Part shown: piece by piece, positions 21,399-34,351 of the stretch
Numbering within the stretch: the stretch's first letter is position 1
Layout: each line of letters starts with the position of its first letter
Source: Babesia bigemina
Taxonomy: Eukaryota
Assembly (NCBI RefSeq): GCF_000981445.1
Contig: NC_027218.1
Span: forward strand, 682,001-746,000
Length of the DNA stretch: 64,000 bases
Direction: 5' to 3'
Notes under the pieces: generated by a model
Database searches by the model: none
What the model saw: only the letters and a program-made list of their open reading frames with translations
What the model was told of the DNA's origin: nothing
Made by a program: the position numbers and the translations under genes

Positions 21399-23673
21399 TT
21401 AATCATGGTTAGTCGTAAGCCATTCGGCGATTTTCGTACTTTTTGGCAGATTTTCCAGCAAATACCGGTTTCCTGCGTCGATAAACGATGCGAGATTAGT
21501 ATAAAATTCAGCATATATATCGTCTATAGCCTTCAGGACGGCGTCATTAACTCGTTCCACAGCTGCTTCCTGTGCAAAATGGAGCTCTACTTTGGCTGTG
21601 ATGGCTTTGAATTTCTCCCTTCCCGACTGAACGAATTCATCGGCTGCTGTGCGCCACTTGTCAACGGTTTCGTGGTCAATCTTCGTCGCATCATCAGAAG
21701 CATCTGGATCCTGTGTCTCAGTCTCTTCTCCAGCCGAAGTGGTTCGTTCTGAATTCTGTGGATTTGACTCTGGTGCATGCTTAATGGACTTTACAAGGTT
21801 GATGATGTTTTCAAACTGCACACCCACGTATCCACTGACGTACGACTCGATATGCTTATTCAGTGGCTGCTCGAATTCGACGACGCTTTCCTTGAACTCC
21901 TGGAGTGGGTGAAGGAATGCCACACAGTTTGCGATTACAAAAACATTCAGCTTAGTGGTGTTGCTTAGTTTCCGTCCTCTCAGAGTCAACGCCGATACCG
22001 TCACATGTATGAGGTGGTCCAGCGAATCGAATGTTATAGGCGTGATTCCCAGCTTATCCTGCGTTCCCTTGAGTCGCAGTACCGAATATACGAGGTTTGA
22101 AAGATTGACAGAGTGCGCCCCCGGTAGCCACATATCCAGCGTACTTGAAGATGCCTGCAGGGTGCACGACATGACATGCTTTGCCATGTTCTTGAGGTGG
22201 TGCATAGCTCGCGCGTAGAGGTCGTTTTGCAACTTGCCAAGTGTCTCATCTAGCAGTGTAACCCCACGATTTTGCATCACCTGCCTGTTTGCTGCAAATA
22301 GAAGTGTGAGTGTGATGAGCATGACGACATCATATGAGGACTTAACTAAAGTCTCCACACGGGCTCGCAGGTGTAGCATCGTTTCCTCGAATATGTAGGT
22401 GAACATGGAGGTCACCCCCTGTTCGAAGAACTGGCTGATGAACACAAACTCACTAAATGCCGTATCCACCAACAGCTTTAGGAATGATTTAAAAATCTCC
22501 TCAAACCCCAGGCTCTCCAGTTCCAAACCAGTGGGCACAATGGGATCATCCTTGAAGTTGATCACCAGTTGATCTCTGTCGTCCAAGAGGAAATACCCTG
22601 TTGGCGTTTTCGTGGACCTTTTCATAAACACTCCGATATCTCTGTAGCGATTTTTTCTCCGGCACCTCTCGAGCGCCGCATAATAGCTTGAGAAGAGATG
22701 GCAGTATATCTTGCGAAGCGTCTTCGCATATTGGTTTTTGATTTCGTTGGCATAATTAGCATTAGTATCCCTCACATACGCGAATAATGGCCTTAGTCGT
22801 AGGAAGTTTGTGTTCTGTATCATCTGCAGATTTGCCTTTGGAGTTGCCAGTTTCGCGATTTCTAGCCTCATGAAGTCGTATATACGCCCTACTATAACAA
22901 GCTCCAGCTTCTTCATCTGTATTTTAGAAGGGTGCAGCGACGGGTACGGCGCTCCGTCATACAGCGTCTTCATTCTGTGCACCTTGGCCTGGAATTGTTC
23001 CAGAAGCCTGACGTACGATTCCCCGATGGGTTCGTGGCATATCGCCTTGATCAAAGACGGCGACACTGCGATATCGTCGAGGTAACCTTGCACAGCCTTT
23101 AGAAAAGCCTGTCTGTTGTCGAGGCAAGCCGATAGTGCCGATGATTCGGTATGCAGATTTTTAATGTACGTCGATGCGGCCTCTAGGCTCTTGTAATGTT
23201 TGGTGAGCGCCTCTTCTATGAGTTTGATGGTAGAATCGCAGTAGTTCATGTCTGTTGAGAACTCCGATATCTCCTCCTCGTGAGCGAGGAACGCCTCCGT
23301 CACTTCATCCTGCCATTGCTGGCGCGCTAAGTCCACCCGACTGATGATGGAGTTGAGTTGAGTTATGACGCGGAACTCAACTTCGGACTCATCTTCTGCT
23401 GCATATAGATGACATACGGTGCCAAACATCCCCACCTTCATTCTCCACATCGATTACGGCTGGTCCCGGCTGCGATGGCTCCTGCTCTTCTGCGGGTTCG
23501 AAGTATCGCTTAACAATGGTATTACGCCAGGGCTCGAGATCTTCCAGCGCTTGCGGCGCATCCACACCCTCCAGCAACCATTTTAGGTCCTCTGCGAAGG
23601 CATCCGGGGCTATGTCTAGCAGCTGCGTGTGATGATGGTCACGCATCCTCGGTTCTTGTTGCTGCTTTAACAT
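21399..23673 (-). CDS. VPS52: Vacuolar protein sorting 52 (GARP complex subunit)
   Basis: Motifs LDNRQ..YLDDIAVSPSLIKAI, LATPKANLQMIQ, FEEIFKS..LLVDTAFSEFVF..FF resemble Vps52. A 37-nt intron (23399-23435) joins the upstream exon; start codon uncertain. Confidence 0.85.
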
Positions 23674-24284
23674 CGGGATAGAATCTTGTCGCACATAAAC
23701 TGAAGGCGGGCGTGTCAGAAAGTTGTAGTCTACATAGATGCGATACGGTAAATTCTTAATATCACGGCGGTAGGTTCGCTAAACGGGAGTCATCATGCCT
23801 CGTGATTCCGGGTCTGCTCAGCGGCTCGAAGATCAGCCCATGTGACCATCAAATGTGACATTTGTAGGTCGTATTTTTATATTGTTTACTTGCCGTTCTA
23901 GTGTGCGGTTGCCTCTTGACGGTAGAGCTGCGTGCTGCTACGACTGTCTCAAAAGGTAACCCTCCCTTCCAAATACACATTTGACAGCAGCTCAACCTCA
24001 ATTGTGTACATGTAGTGTTATTTCATATTATACTCGCTTTAGATGATTCCCAAACGCATTTTTGACTACACCTAACTCACCTCAGGCTATTCAGCCGAGA
24101 TGCTGTACAAGACTAACGCACCAAAAACAAAAGCTTTAGTCACGATAAATAGGCATTTGGCACAACTATACGTCAGAATAAGCGCCGTGTGTATGCGCAA
24201 AAGCATCTGTTGACGAAGTATTGCTTCCTTTACTGCTAGAATTGATAATTTTTACAAACGTGCACACAATGCATCATTATGGTA

Positions 24285-24853
24285 TCAGTTAGCGTTCCTA
24301 CTGACAAAGTACCTAAACGAATCAGGCACGCTGACGTCAATGTCCACGACGGCGGCGGCAAGCTCGTTTACTAGCTTGGATTTGCATTCCCTTAGCGCCT
24401 CGTCATTTTCCCTGATTAGCTCCTTGGCCTTGTTCTCGAGGTCATCGAGATTAGGGTCATCGCTTGCAGCCTCCTGAACCACCGTTAGCAACGTTCGGGC
24501 TCAGCTTGTGGCCGCCGTGAATACGGCTCCTAATGGGCCACGAGCAGTCAGTGATGACGAATTTGCGCGTACACAGCCGTGTAACACACATATTTACACT
24601 AACAGATACTTATATACAACACTCACCTTCTGGTACTGCTCCAGCAGACGCCTCTCCTCGGTCTCACTGAACTGCTTGAGGTCGTTTTCAGCCGCAGATA
24701 CGGCCTCGTTAAGCAGCTTCACGCGGTCTAAACAAATTATATTGCCACTAGTTAGCACTCACTCTCTTTGGCACGCTTTACGATGGCTTCAGCCTCCTCC
24801 TCGGCCTTGAGGAGCTGCTGGATCAGCGCGTTCGACCCCTTAGTGCTGCTCAT
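24285..24853 (-). CDS. V-type proton ATPase subunit G (spliced)
   Basis: Exon 1 MSSTKGSNALIQQLLKAEEEAEAIVKRAKE, then RVKLLNEAVSAAENDL: the subunit G signature. Confidence 0.88.
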
Positions 24854-25157
24854 TTTCCAGGAGATTAGCCCTCGCGATACACAAGAGGTGTACACGTTCT
24901 AAAAGTAATTTAATTCTGCGACCGAGTGGTGGTTGGTTGATGTGTGGAGCGCCGTCGACGGGAGCTATACGCGCAGTGCTCCCGTCACCCTATGCCCGGC
25001 AGCGCATCGCCGAATACGTAATATGCAACATTTTTGCATTACGGACGCATCTGTGACACACATGGTGTGAGCTATCGCGGCTGCTGCACCCGCATTTCAA
25101 AAGCGTAGCTACAGCTACCCTGTCTAACGGCTGCTGCTCTTCGTGTCGTTGACAGCG

Positions 25158-25939
25158 ATGGGTGCGCTCAGCAGCCGCCACGACAGGAATGGGAAATGGA
25201 GACCGGAATCCGCCGCTTCAGACTGCGCCAGCGCTATTGTTAAGGCATTTAACGGGGTGGAGCCTTTGCCTGCAGACTACGATGACGCTGAGAACTTGTT
25301 GCAGATGCGTGGCGGCGGCCGTTCATTGGCCTACTACACCGGTAGAACGGCTCCTTCGGACCTAATCGATAGAGTGTTCACACTTACTAAAAAGAATATG
25401 TCACGCCTGTACGATGAGACCAACTTCCTCGGCGGATGGAAGGATCGCATGAAACACAGGGAGATCAGTGCCGCGAAAAATCACATTCTTGTGCTGTCAG
25501 GTTAGTGTAACTCGCAGATGTCACATGATTAACAGATGAGAATGGATCGTTGATAGGTTTCATCAGCTATCGCTTCATGATTATCTCTGACTGCCAGCCT
25601 GCGACGGAGGTGTGCTACGTATACGAGCTCCAGGTCGACGTAGGTTTTTTAGTCGTTAGAGCGTCAGAGCATGCTCAGGAATCCTTTAGATCGCGTGGAG
25701 TGGGCAAGTTTCTAATGGATATAGCGACGGTGATCGGTCGTTATGTGGGAGCCAAGAAGCTCATGTGCACGGTGTTGAAGCTGAACTCACGCGCACTTTC
25801 CTTTTATCGGTCTAAGTGCGGCTTCGTTAACGACGAGAGCGACCCAGACTCCTTCGACTGTCGTTGCGGTCACGATCACTGTTACCACATCCTCAAGCTG
25901 GAGCTCGGTGGCACAGACGCCTTCCCCGAGGGCTCATAG
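25158..25939 (+). CDS. NAA40: N-alpha-acetyltransferase 40 (NatD)-like GNAT, 3 exons
   Basis: LTKKNMSRLY...GW, GFISYRF, YVYELQ, RSRGVGKFLM, MCTVLKLN..AL.FY; short introns near 25501 and 25633. Confidence 0.8.
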
Positions 25940-26221
25940 GCAGTCGCCAGAGTAAGCCAGCGGAACGATTAGCCTGTTTCTATCGCCAAGTTAAGCGGTG
26001 CCTGGAGCTACAAAGCGAGCACTCCAATCCAGCAATTGTAAACCATCGCATTTATCGCAATGTCAACGAACAACATGGACCGTGGCAATGCTATCCAAGG
26101 CCATACATAACTGCAACAGCCATTGGCTGTGTTGGTCAGCCACGGCCGTAGCACGCACACGTGGTTATACACGCAACCCCGTATGCACAGAAATCTCACG
26201 ATAATTATCAAAACTGTTGGC

Positions 26222-26766
26222 TTAGATAATACCGATTTTGTTGGCGACGTCGAGCGCGTCCTGGTCAGGGGAGAGCTTGACGTATGCCTTCTTGAGGCCA
26301 TCAGGGCGGTTCAAAGTGTTGACCCTGACGCACTTGACGTCGTAGAGGTCCGTCACAGCCTTGGCGATCTTCTTCTTGTTGGCGCGGGAGTCGACGATGA
26401 AGACGAGGGTGTTGATTTCCTCGATCATCTTCATGGACTTCTCGGTGGTCAAGGGGTACTTGATGATCGAGAACTTGTCGAGCTTCTTGGAGAGTGCGGT
26501 GCGGTGGTTGCGCCTGTACTTGGGGGTCCTGGGCAGGGCGAGGGTGCGTCCCCTGAAGAAGTGGGTGTTGCGCCTGATCTTGTAGCCCTTAGCAGTGGTC
26601 GCCTTCTTGACGCTGTTGGCTGCGATCTTGGCCTTCTTGACCTTCTCGGCCTCGGTGCCCTTCTTGGCGACTGCGCGGCAATGAATCCTGGTATACTGGC
26701 GCCATGGGCTGGTCGGTCGGCCGCACCAGCGCCACGGAACCGCAACTAACCTTCAGGAAGTCCCAT
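26222..26766 (-). CDS. RPL23A: 60S ribosomal protein L23a (uL23)
   Basis: [23 protein letters not shown]...[31 protein letters not shown]. Coding intron 26671-26750; probable 5'UTR intron 26796-26908 (GTGAGT...CTAAC...GCAG). Confidence 0.96.
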
Positions 26767-26954
26767 TTTATCTACGCTTGATTTATGCCAGCGACCTGCG
26801 TGTACGTTAGGTAACGGTATAGTTATGACTGGCGACGCAATGTTGTCGCGTGCAGCGGGTCGATGGGCGGTGAAGCCCTCGCCGTGAAAGCACCGCTTGG
26901 TGACTCACCTGAATTAGGCACTCAGTGTTACCGTGAATATACGGTTCAATTACA

Positions 26955-27464
26955 GTGGAGGGAAGCACGTGCCGTAGCCTCCGACCGTGCTAGTGTATGG
27001 TGGGGCTTGGCGTGGAGGCGGTAGGCCTGGGCGGCGGGGTCAGTCCTACGTGCTGTATTCTGTTTAAAACCCAGTTTTGGCGCCGTGGGGTGATTAGTCT
27101 GAGTGTGTTGTAGGCAGTGGGAGAGACGTAGTGTTGAGCGTTACGTTGTCTTTCGTCTGTTTGCAAAGCCAATCGACGACGGATGTGCGTCGAACTACAT
27201 AACTTATGTTGAGCTTTGGTATACGCTCTCATTTTAATGAGCGTTAAAGTGTGGTTTGACGCTGTGTGAGGGCATTGACGTTTGACGAAGGGTGTTGCCT
27301 GGTGTCGTTGTGGCAGATGACTTGCCGGTTTACATTTGTGTATGACATATCCCTACGACATTCCTGAGTTAGATTTTTCATTTATAACGGTTTCGATCTA
27401 ACATATGGTTCCCATTAACCATTTGTGTGTGGACCGTATGCTTTTAAGCCTTCCACCCACAAGT
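26955..27464 (+). ncRNA. Candidate ~500 nt structured non-coding RNA, class unassigned
   Basis: Dense run of hairpins rich in G.U pairs on the + strand, possible terminal helix 26955-26962/27449-27456, no credible ORF. Confidence 0.45.
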
Positions 27465-27661
27465 ACCACGCCAGACCACCAAATTAAGGTCGCCGGACGT
27501 TGACACGTCTACTTAACCACTTATGTCGATGTTGGGGCGTGTATTCCCACGTGGGTAGCTGCTTTTCACACGGTTAAAAAGGGTGTACTAAAAAATACAT
27601 GTCTGCTTATTCGCAGCGACGCATGGTTTGTGCTGGCGTCGTCCCAACGGCCTCCGTTGGG

Positions 27662-28966
27662 CTAATCTTGCCGTAGCACAATATCTTCTGTATATGTGAG
27701 CATAATGTCCGGTACCTTGGCCTTTCCCGCTTTTGTGAGCACCATCTTCTGCCCCTTGACTGGGAGGATGTGCACGACAGAATCTGCCAGATCGTCCTCC
27801 TCATCGCCTTCGATGTCCATCTCATCCGGCCTCGGAGATGCCATGCCCGACGCCCCAGTATTGGTCTTCACCTTGTTGTGCAGCCGCGGCGGTAGCGATA
27901 TGAGGAAGTAGTTGTCGTTGCCCTCGACCTTGGTGGATTGCTGCGGCACGGTGACCTAGACAGCTTTGAGAAAACCTTACCTGGCAGGAGTACATCCGCA
28001 CAAATTTGAACAGCTCTTGCGACCCCGGGTTGTGTTTGACGTCCTGTTCCTCGTCTTCCGTGGCGCTCTTGTAGTACTCGTAGAGGCGTTGTGTGGCACT
28101 GTCCTTTGCAACGTGCAAAATACCGCCAACAGCCAGCTTTCCGGCATCCTCGGTGGCTGATGCCGACGTGACACCGTCGACGCCGACCTGCACGTAGCGA
28201 TTTTTCCAGAGGCCGACGTTGGGCATGACCTTGTAGTGCTGCACGGTGTTGGCTCACGTAAGATTCGGTGCCGTACCTTTGCGATTTTCGCCCGCGGGTT
28301 GGTTGGGTGCTTGAGAGACGACGCCGACACGAACGTATCGTTTATTTGTGATATGTGGTGCTCAATGCGCTCAGCGACGCTCATTGAGCTCCACTTCTCC
28401 CGCACCGCGTCCTCCTGGTCATCCGCACTGCTGTCGGGTTGCGTTACCGGGACCCGGTCAGCTGGTGGCCCTTTAGGTTCCACCCCCTCGGCAGCGAACA
28501 GAACATGCCTTACGTCATTGGGCATCGCGTCCCGCAACTTGTTTATGAGCGGGTACAGAGTCTGCATTTCCCGGGTTTGCAACGCCTCCGCCCGCAGTCG
28601 GGTCAGGCGCTCCATCCCAGCAGCATCTAGATTCTGCGCATACGCTCCTAGTTCGTCTAGCAGCTCCTGGTTTTCGATGGCGTAGTTTGAGTAGCTGGCC
28701 GGTTCGAATGATTCGCAGGTAACTCCATTTTCGAAATCGCGGAAGGAAGTGAATCCGGCGTACAGCTCCAGCGCCGACAGTTCGTATGCGATTGCGTCTT
28801 CATTGAGTTCGTACGTCAGCAGGTTGGCATCCACCGGCGGCTCCGGTATGCTGGTATCGAACTCCAGGGAGCCCAGAAGCGGCGACTTCTTCTGGAGGTA
28901 GGCAGAGAGTGTGTCTACCGACTCACTCTTGGTCCCTCCCTCGCCACCTTCCTTTCGCTTCGACAT
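27662..28966 (-). CDS. PAF1: RNA polymerase II-associated factor 1 (Paf1) homolog, 3 exons
   Basis: EFDTSIPEPPVDANLL, INDTF...LKHPTNP, VMPNVGLWKNRYVQV resemble Paf1 motifs; introns near 28243-28276 and 27945-27981. Confidence 0.72.
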
Positions 28967-29221
28967 CTCTAATTTGCTGAGAGCGATTTATTCGAGGGTG
29001 AAGCATAGAGTCGTGTCGGAAGACTGTATCAGGCTCCGCTTGTGCCCAGTATCGCACGTGCGCCCGGAGATATCGCTAATCGCTAAAAAAGGCCCATTCG
29101 ACTGACACAGCATACGATACAACTATAACCATTACATAATCGTAATTCGCTACGTATGTGTGCGGCGACACGTGACATACACGGCGTCTTTTTGTTGCGG
29201 TGGCCCAGCCGACCGCGTCGC

Positions 29222-31382
29222 TCAGTGCTCCTTGATGGCCTGCTCTGAGCTTTCTGCGAACACATTAGACAACTACACACTTGACTACTACCTGAATGTA
29301 CTTCGTGTTGCTTGGATTCCTCCGTTGGAGCCTGCTTATCGTGTTCGCTGCCTCCACTGGCAGCCTCTTCGGTCTTGGTCTCTTTGGGTTCGGACTCAGA
29401 CGGCTTCGCCTGATCCGAGCCGCCACTCAAAGAGTTGACTTCCTTGAGTTCGTTCTTTGCCACCTTCGCGAGGTAGGAGCGCAAGTCCTCAGCGGTGATG
29501 TCCTTGTTCTTGAGCAACGAAACGGACACGACGTTGTGCAAGTTCTCCATGACGAGTGCCGACGTGCTGTCGGGCTCGAGTTCACCTATGAAGTCCCGCA
29601 GCACCTCCAGCAGTACCTTGCAGTACTGTGTTTTTTTGCTGCAGGTGTCGACAATGGTGTTCAGTATCCTTGCGGACATGCAGGGCATCCATCCCTCGTT
29701 CTGGTACTTCTTCATGTCCACTGCGATTCCGCTCTTGTATGACTCCTTTGTGACGTTTTCGCCGTAGTGGTCAGCCTCTTCGCTGAATTTGCGTTTCTGC
29801 GCACGATTGTTAGCCGCCACTTAACAACCTACAGCGTCGTCTATGCATTGCGATAGTTCATTGTTGCGCTGCGCCTCCTCAGTCGCCGCCTGCGAATGCT
29901 ATGTTGCCGCTGAAATTGCCGCCTACGTGGTGCTCGTGCTCGACGAAGGCAAGGAGCGCCTCCGCCAGGGATGCGCCCTTGTCCGGTGCGGCGTCTGCGA
30001 TGACGCGGTTGAGCTTCACTATAGTCGACCTGACTTTTAGGTTGAGCTCGACGTGCGACTTGATGAATGCCCCGATTAACTTCTTCTCCGCCTCGTTGGC
30101 CTCGCTCTTGGAGAGGCCGCACCCCCAGGTTGACGGCTTCATGAGGTAGTCGTCCGCCTTGAGGATGTTGCGCTCCACGTCGCCGAAGACCATGTTCACC
30201 GCGTTGCTGAATGTCTCCCATGACATTTCCCTATCCAGCACGTTGTGTATCCGCTTCAGGTGCGTCTCCTTTTCCTCCAGCAGCGAGGGTATGATGTGCC
30301 GCTGGTGTATGCATCGCTCGATGAGTGCGCTGTGCAGCTCCGCGTCGAGCATCACGAACGTCTGCAGGTCCGATTCATCGTCGCGCTTGTCTACCATGAC
30401 CTTGCAGTTCTTCAGGAGTGTCTCGTAGTGCTGTCCGCTGAATTCCGACTTCAGCTGCCCGTCCTCGCTCAGCATGTTGACGCAGCGCTGCGCCGTGATG
30501 GTGATGTAGGGCAGGTACAGCACGAAATGGTTCTGCACCAGGTGGATCCACCTATCGACGTATTTGAGCTTCGTGTCGATTGGCGCCGGGCTCTTGACGA
30601 GTCTGGACATGAGGTTGAAGGCGAGCTTGGAGACGATGAACGTCTCCAGGCACGTCAGCAGGATGGGCGACTTTCCGCCCTTCTGCGGCAGCGCTGCGAC
30701 TCTATAGACCCCATTTGCGTGTAACTTACTCTTTGCGATGTCACCGACGGAGAGCACCATGTTCCGCGGAATGTGCTTGTTTTCTGAATTGACAGCCTCA
30801 CTGATGAAAATCATGTGGTGCTCCATGCCGTCCTCTAGCCCCTGGCTCTTTGGCTCTACCAATTTCCACGGCTGCGACCGTGAGGAGAGGTAATGCATGA
30901 GTATGTTGAAGAGCGAGTAGAGGTCGGATTCCGTTTCGTCTACGACGGAGGACTCCAGCGGCCGGTGCTTCGTGAGGTAGTCGGCCTCGATCTCCGCCTT
31001 GTGCAGGTTGTGCTGGTGCTCAGTCTCCTTCTCCTGCGGCGTCAACTCTGTGTGGTTGTTCGACTGCTTGCCGAAGGAGACGTAGTCGAAGTTGAGGGCG
31101 ACGCCCTGTACGAACCCCTCATAAAGCGCCTCATCCAGCTCATCCACCTGCGGTTGATTTAGGCCACACTTTATGCTCGGGCGGTTTCACGCATACACAT
31201 CACGTTAGCCACGTCATTAAAGTCGATCTAACGTGCTCCGAAGTCACACATGTGGGTAGACATACCTCGCCGTCTTCTAGGTCGGAAGCGACGGCCTTGG
31301 CCAGGTCCGCCACGTCATCGTGGCAGCGGATAAGGAGCAGCGGGGCTGCCAGTAGCAGTAGGAGATATGTCGCCGGTTTCAT
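29222..31382 (-). CDS. Secreted protein of unknown function (signal peptide, multi-exon, >600 aa)
   Basis: MKPATYLLLLLAAPLLLIRC signal. The ORFs 31200-31382, 29879-31147 and 29083-29820 join through short GT-AG introns, ending ESSEQAIKEH*. Confidence 0.7.
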
Positions 31383-32099
31383 TGCCGCGCCTATGGATGC
31401 GCTCTCATTTGTCGCAGGGGCTTCCGCCCGTTAGACAGGGATGTGTGATCCGATTTCGCCCGTGTTACCGCCGCGGCACTGCCAGCGGCTATTTCCTTTG
31501 TTAACCCCGTGGTAACGGCTTTGTGTTCCACAGCAGGGCGATGGCCTGGCCGTAGTTTCAGGGACAATGCACCCCTGTGCCAGCTGGCGCAAAGCACGTA
31601 GAAGGCACACATAGCAACAATTATTAGACATACGCAATCGCTTTAACGCTTTTCGCTATTAGTAAACAGCCACCGCTGACTCTAGAGCTGGACAACCCTT
31701 TTTTTAGCCGTCTTAACATGACGTCCACTGGGCGTGTACCTAACGTCATACACACCACGGACAATATGTAAGATAACTCAATACACACTGTTATTCATCA
31801 CTATGAACGTTAAATGATCAAGCAATCGCTTGATTCGGATACGCTTTAGCTCGTGATCCGCTGGTATGTGTAGCGCCACCTAACTTTCACAACTTCAACA
31901 TTTCTCATCTCAAAAGGTGTACGCAGCATTGAATGCAATGCGTTGTTAACGGTTCAAGCGTGAACATTGCCTTCTGCTCGTCCCCATACCTATTGTATCG
32001 TTTGGCTCCGCTGCGCCCTGCGCGAGCGCCAGTCTGTCCGACGTGCTGCGCACAGACTTGCTCATTTGTAAACTCAATTTAAATTTACATTTGTCAAAA

Positions 32100-33136
32100 A
32101 TGTCTGGCCGGCCATTTTCCAACCCCGCTGGTGCCAACGACTTCCTCAACTTCGAGGCGCCATCGTACGGGCATTTCGGCGCGGATTCAAATGGCGGCGG
32201 CAAGATGGCAGGCAAGGGTTTCGGTTCGTCGGCTGGAATGATGGGCGGCGGTAAGATGTGTTCCGTCGTTTGCGTAAATACCGTGCAGACCACACCCCTT
32301 CCGGCGTGCCACCGTCCGACTCCGCTTCGAGCGCTTTCGGGCGTCCAAAGGTGAGTGCATTGACACGGTTTTGCTGTAATAATTCGTAGGAGGACAACTA
32401 TTTGCTCAAGGGCATCGAGTTCGTTAAGAGCAGCGCATCGAACATCCAGAAGGGTTTCGGCGATTCGACGCGCAGCAACAGCCTATTTGGTACGTGCGTT
32501 TCTGTGCGATAGTGACTGTGATTAGGCAACGACAGTGGTCTGCTTGGCAATGACGCGGCCTCCACTGCGCGTTCGTCGCTCTCCGCGCTTATGAATGTTG
32601 GCCGTTCTGTTATCGGTTTGTCCGGCGGCAACGAGGAACCTCAGTCATGGCTGAACTACACAAACTACAAGATATTCCTGCTGCTGTTCATCACGAGCAT
32701 CCTGTTCTTCGCGCTCGCCTTCATGACCCTCCCGTTCATCGTGTTCGCTCCGCACAAGTTCGGCCTGCTGTTCACGTGCGCGACCATCTGTTTCATGTCC
32801 TCGTTGGCGTTTTTGAAGGGCACTGGAGCACTGATGGAGCATATGCTGAATTCTAAGCGTATCGTGTTCACGGGGGCACTGGGCACATCGCTGGTCTCCA
32901 CCTTCGTCTTCACGACCGTCTACCCGATCTACCTGTTGGCGTTTATCAGCTCTTTGATACAGACTTTGACATTGGCGTCTGTCATTTTATCGTACATCCC
33001 AGGTTAGTAATGCCACACACGATTCTCTGATGAATGTGCAGGTGGCGCCGGGGCCCTCAAGCTGATGTACTCGTCAGTGTGGGAGTTTGTGAAAAGCAGA
33101 ACGCGCGGAAGTGGATCCACGACTCTTCCGTTGTGA
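32100..33136 (+). CDS. SFT2: Got1/Sft2-family vesicle transport protein (spliced)
   Basis: Four-TM domain with PHKFGLLFT, L.G, SYIPGG, C-terminal TLPL*. Confidence 0.85.
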
Positions 33137-33508
33137 GATATACCAGCTAGATGCTGTGGACGAAATTTCTGCGGCTGAGCTGCGCCGACGATGCCGATGC
33201 GGTAGCTAGCTGGTCGCTATGTCGCATCTGACTGCGATTAATTTGTCTGTAACCTATTTTTTGTGTCAATGGCTATTCCACTCCAACCTAAGCGTAGTTA
33301 TAGGCGCTTAAACCACCGTCGCATTTTCGTTGCTGCTGAGGAAAAGATCGTGGAGGACAATGCAACCTGCGGGAAATTTCTCACGTAGCACGCCATATAA
33401 GGCAAGCTAGGGCATAGTCATTATATGTTTTTATTGCATATCGCTCCTGAATTTTCCATCTCGGCCGCGAAATTTATTTTAAATACGCAAGCTCACACAA
33501 CACATATA

Positions 33509-34351
33509 ATGACCGAAATGGCTATCAACGATGCTGCTCAGCGCCGCAGGAGGTCCTGGATATTGGTGGGTGCGGGTTTTGTCGGTGTCGCGGCTCTGAT
33601 AACTACAATTGTCTTGGTTGCGGTTTTCTGTGGTAGCGAGGACCCTATATCCGAGCGGTACAAGTTGACCACCTTCGACGCCATGGGAAACAAGAAGGTC
33701 ATGGACATGACACCCGACCAATTTTTCCAGGCCATGAAGGAGAACACGGCGTTCATGCTTGGCGACGATCGCGTCCAAAGCGAGGCCCTATACGGATGCA
33801 TCCTGGACATGACGAAGAGTCTCGGGGATTGGAAGGTAGCCGCTGATGAAGCTGCAGCGAAGGCCAAAGCTGAGGAAGCAGCCGCCGGTGAAGAACAACC
33901 CGCTGAAGTTGCACCTGCTGAGGCACCCAAGGAAACCACTGGCTGCTGCAGCACACCGGAGAAGGTCGCAGACACGCCCCAAGCTCCGGCGACGATGGTA
34001 GAGGCCAGCAGCACCGGTGCACCGGAGAAGCCCGTGGAGATGACGGAGTCTCCGGCGGCAACCCCAACTTCCACCGCCGAACCTGGGATCCCAACTGCTC
34101 CAGGTGACGCATCCGGCTTGAGGGGGACCTCCACTGGTGCGCCGGTTAGTTTAAGACGCCGAATAGCTTATCGCATTGCAGAACGTTTAGCGCAGAGACG
34201 TGACAACAGAGAGGCTGTGGTCACGTCCGGTCTAGGAGATTACATGTGGAACTCAATCGCTGCGATAGTGGAAGCCATCGACAGCGCCGTACCGCTGCAT
34301 TTGTGGCGGGACACCTACGAAGGCGACCTAGACATAGACGAGACCATGTAA
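33509..34351 (+). CDS. N-terminally anchored protein with Pro/Ala/Glu/Thr-rich low-complexity region
   Basis: RRRR followed by a TM segment and an acidic PAE/PEK-rich stalk. A possible intron ends at 34181, so the C-terminus is uncertain. Confidence 0.7.
   Translation: MTEMAINDAAQRRRRSWILVGAGFVGVAALITTIVLVAVFCGSEDPISERYKLTTFDAMGNKKVMDMTPDQFFQAMKENTAFMLGDDRVQSEALYGCILDMTKSLGDWKVAADEAAAKAKAEEAAAGEEQPAEVAPAEAPKETTGCCSTPEKVADTPQAPATMVEASSTGAPEKPVEMTESPAATPTSTAEPGIPTAPGDASGLRGTSTGAPVSLRRRIAYRIAERLAQRRDNREAVVTSGLGDYMWNSIAAIVEAIDSAVPLHLWRDTYEGDLDIDETM

Noticed and set aside
23738..24045. Splice-like signals and a hydrophobic reading on the + strand upstream of Vps52
   Set aside because: I could not build a consistent start-to-stop model.
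26123..26749. Long antisense ORFs over RPL23A, GAPM and other GC-rich genes
   Set aside because: Shadow ORFs arising from codon bias on the coding strand.
26901..26911. ACTCACCTG resembling the U1 snRNA 5' end
   Set aside because: Better explained as the minus-strand CAG/GTGAGT donor of an RPL23A 5'UTR intron; no U1 body follows.
26955..27480. RNase P, RNase MRP, U3 or SRP identity for the structured region
   Set aside because: The conserved boxes (CR-I/CR-V, U3 box A, SRP helix 8) are not convincingly present.
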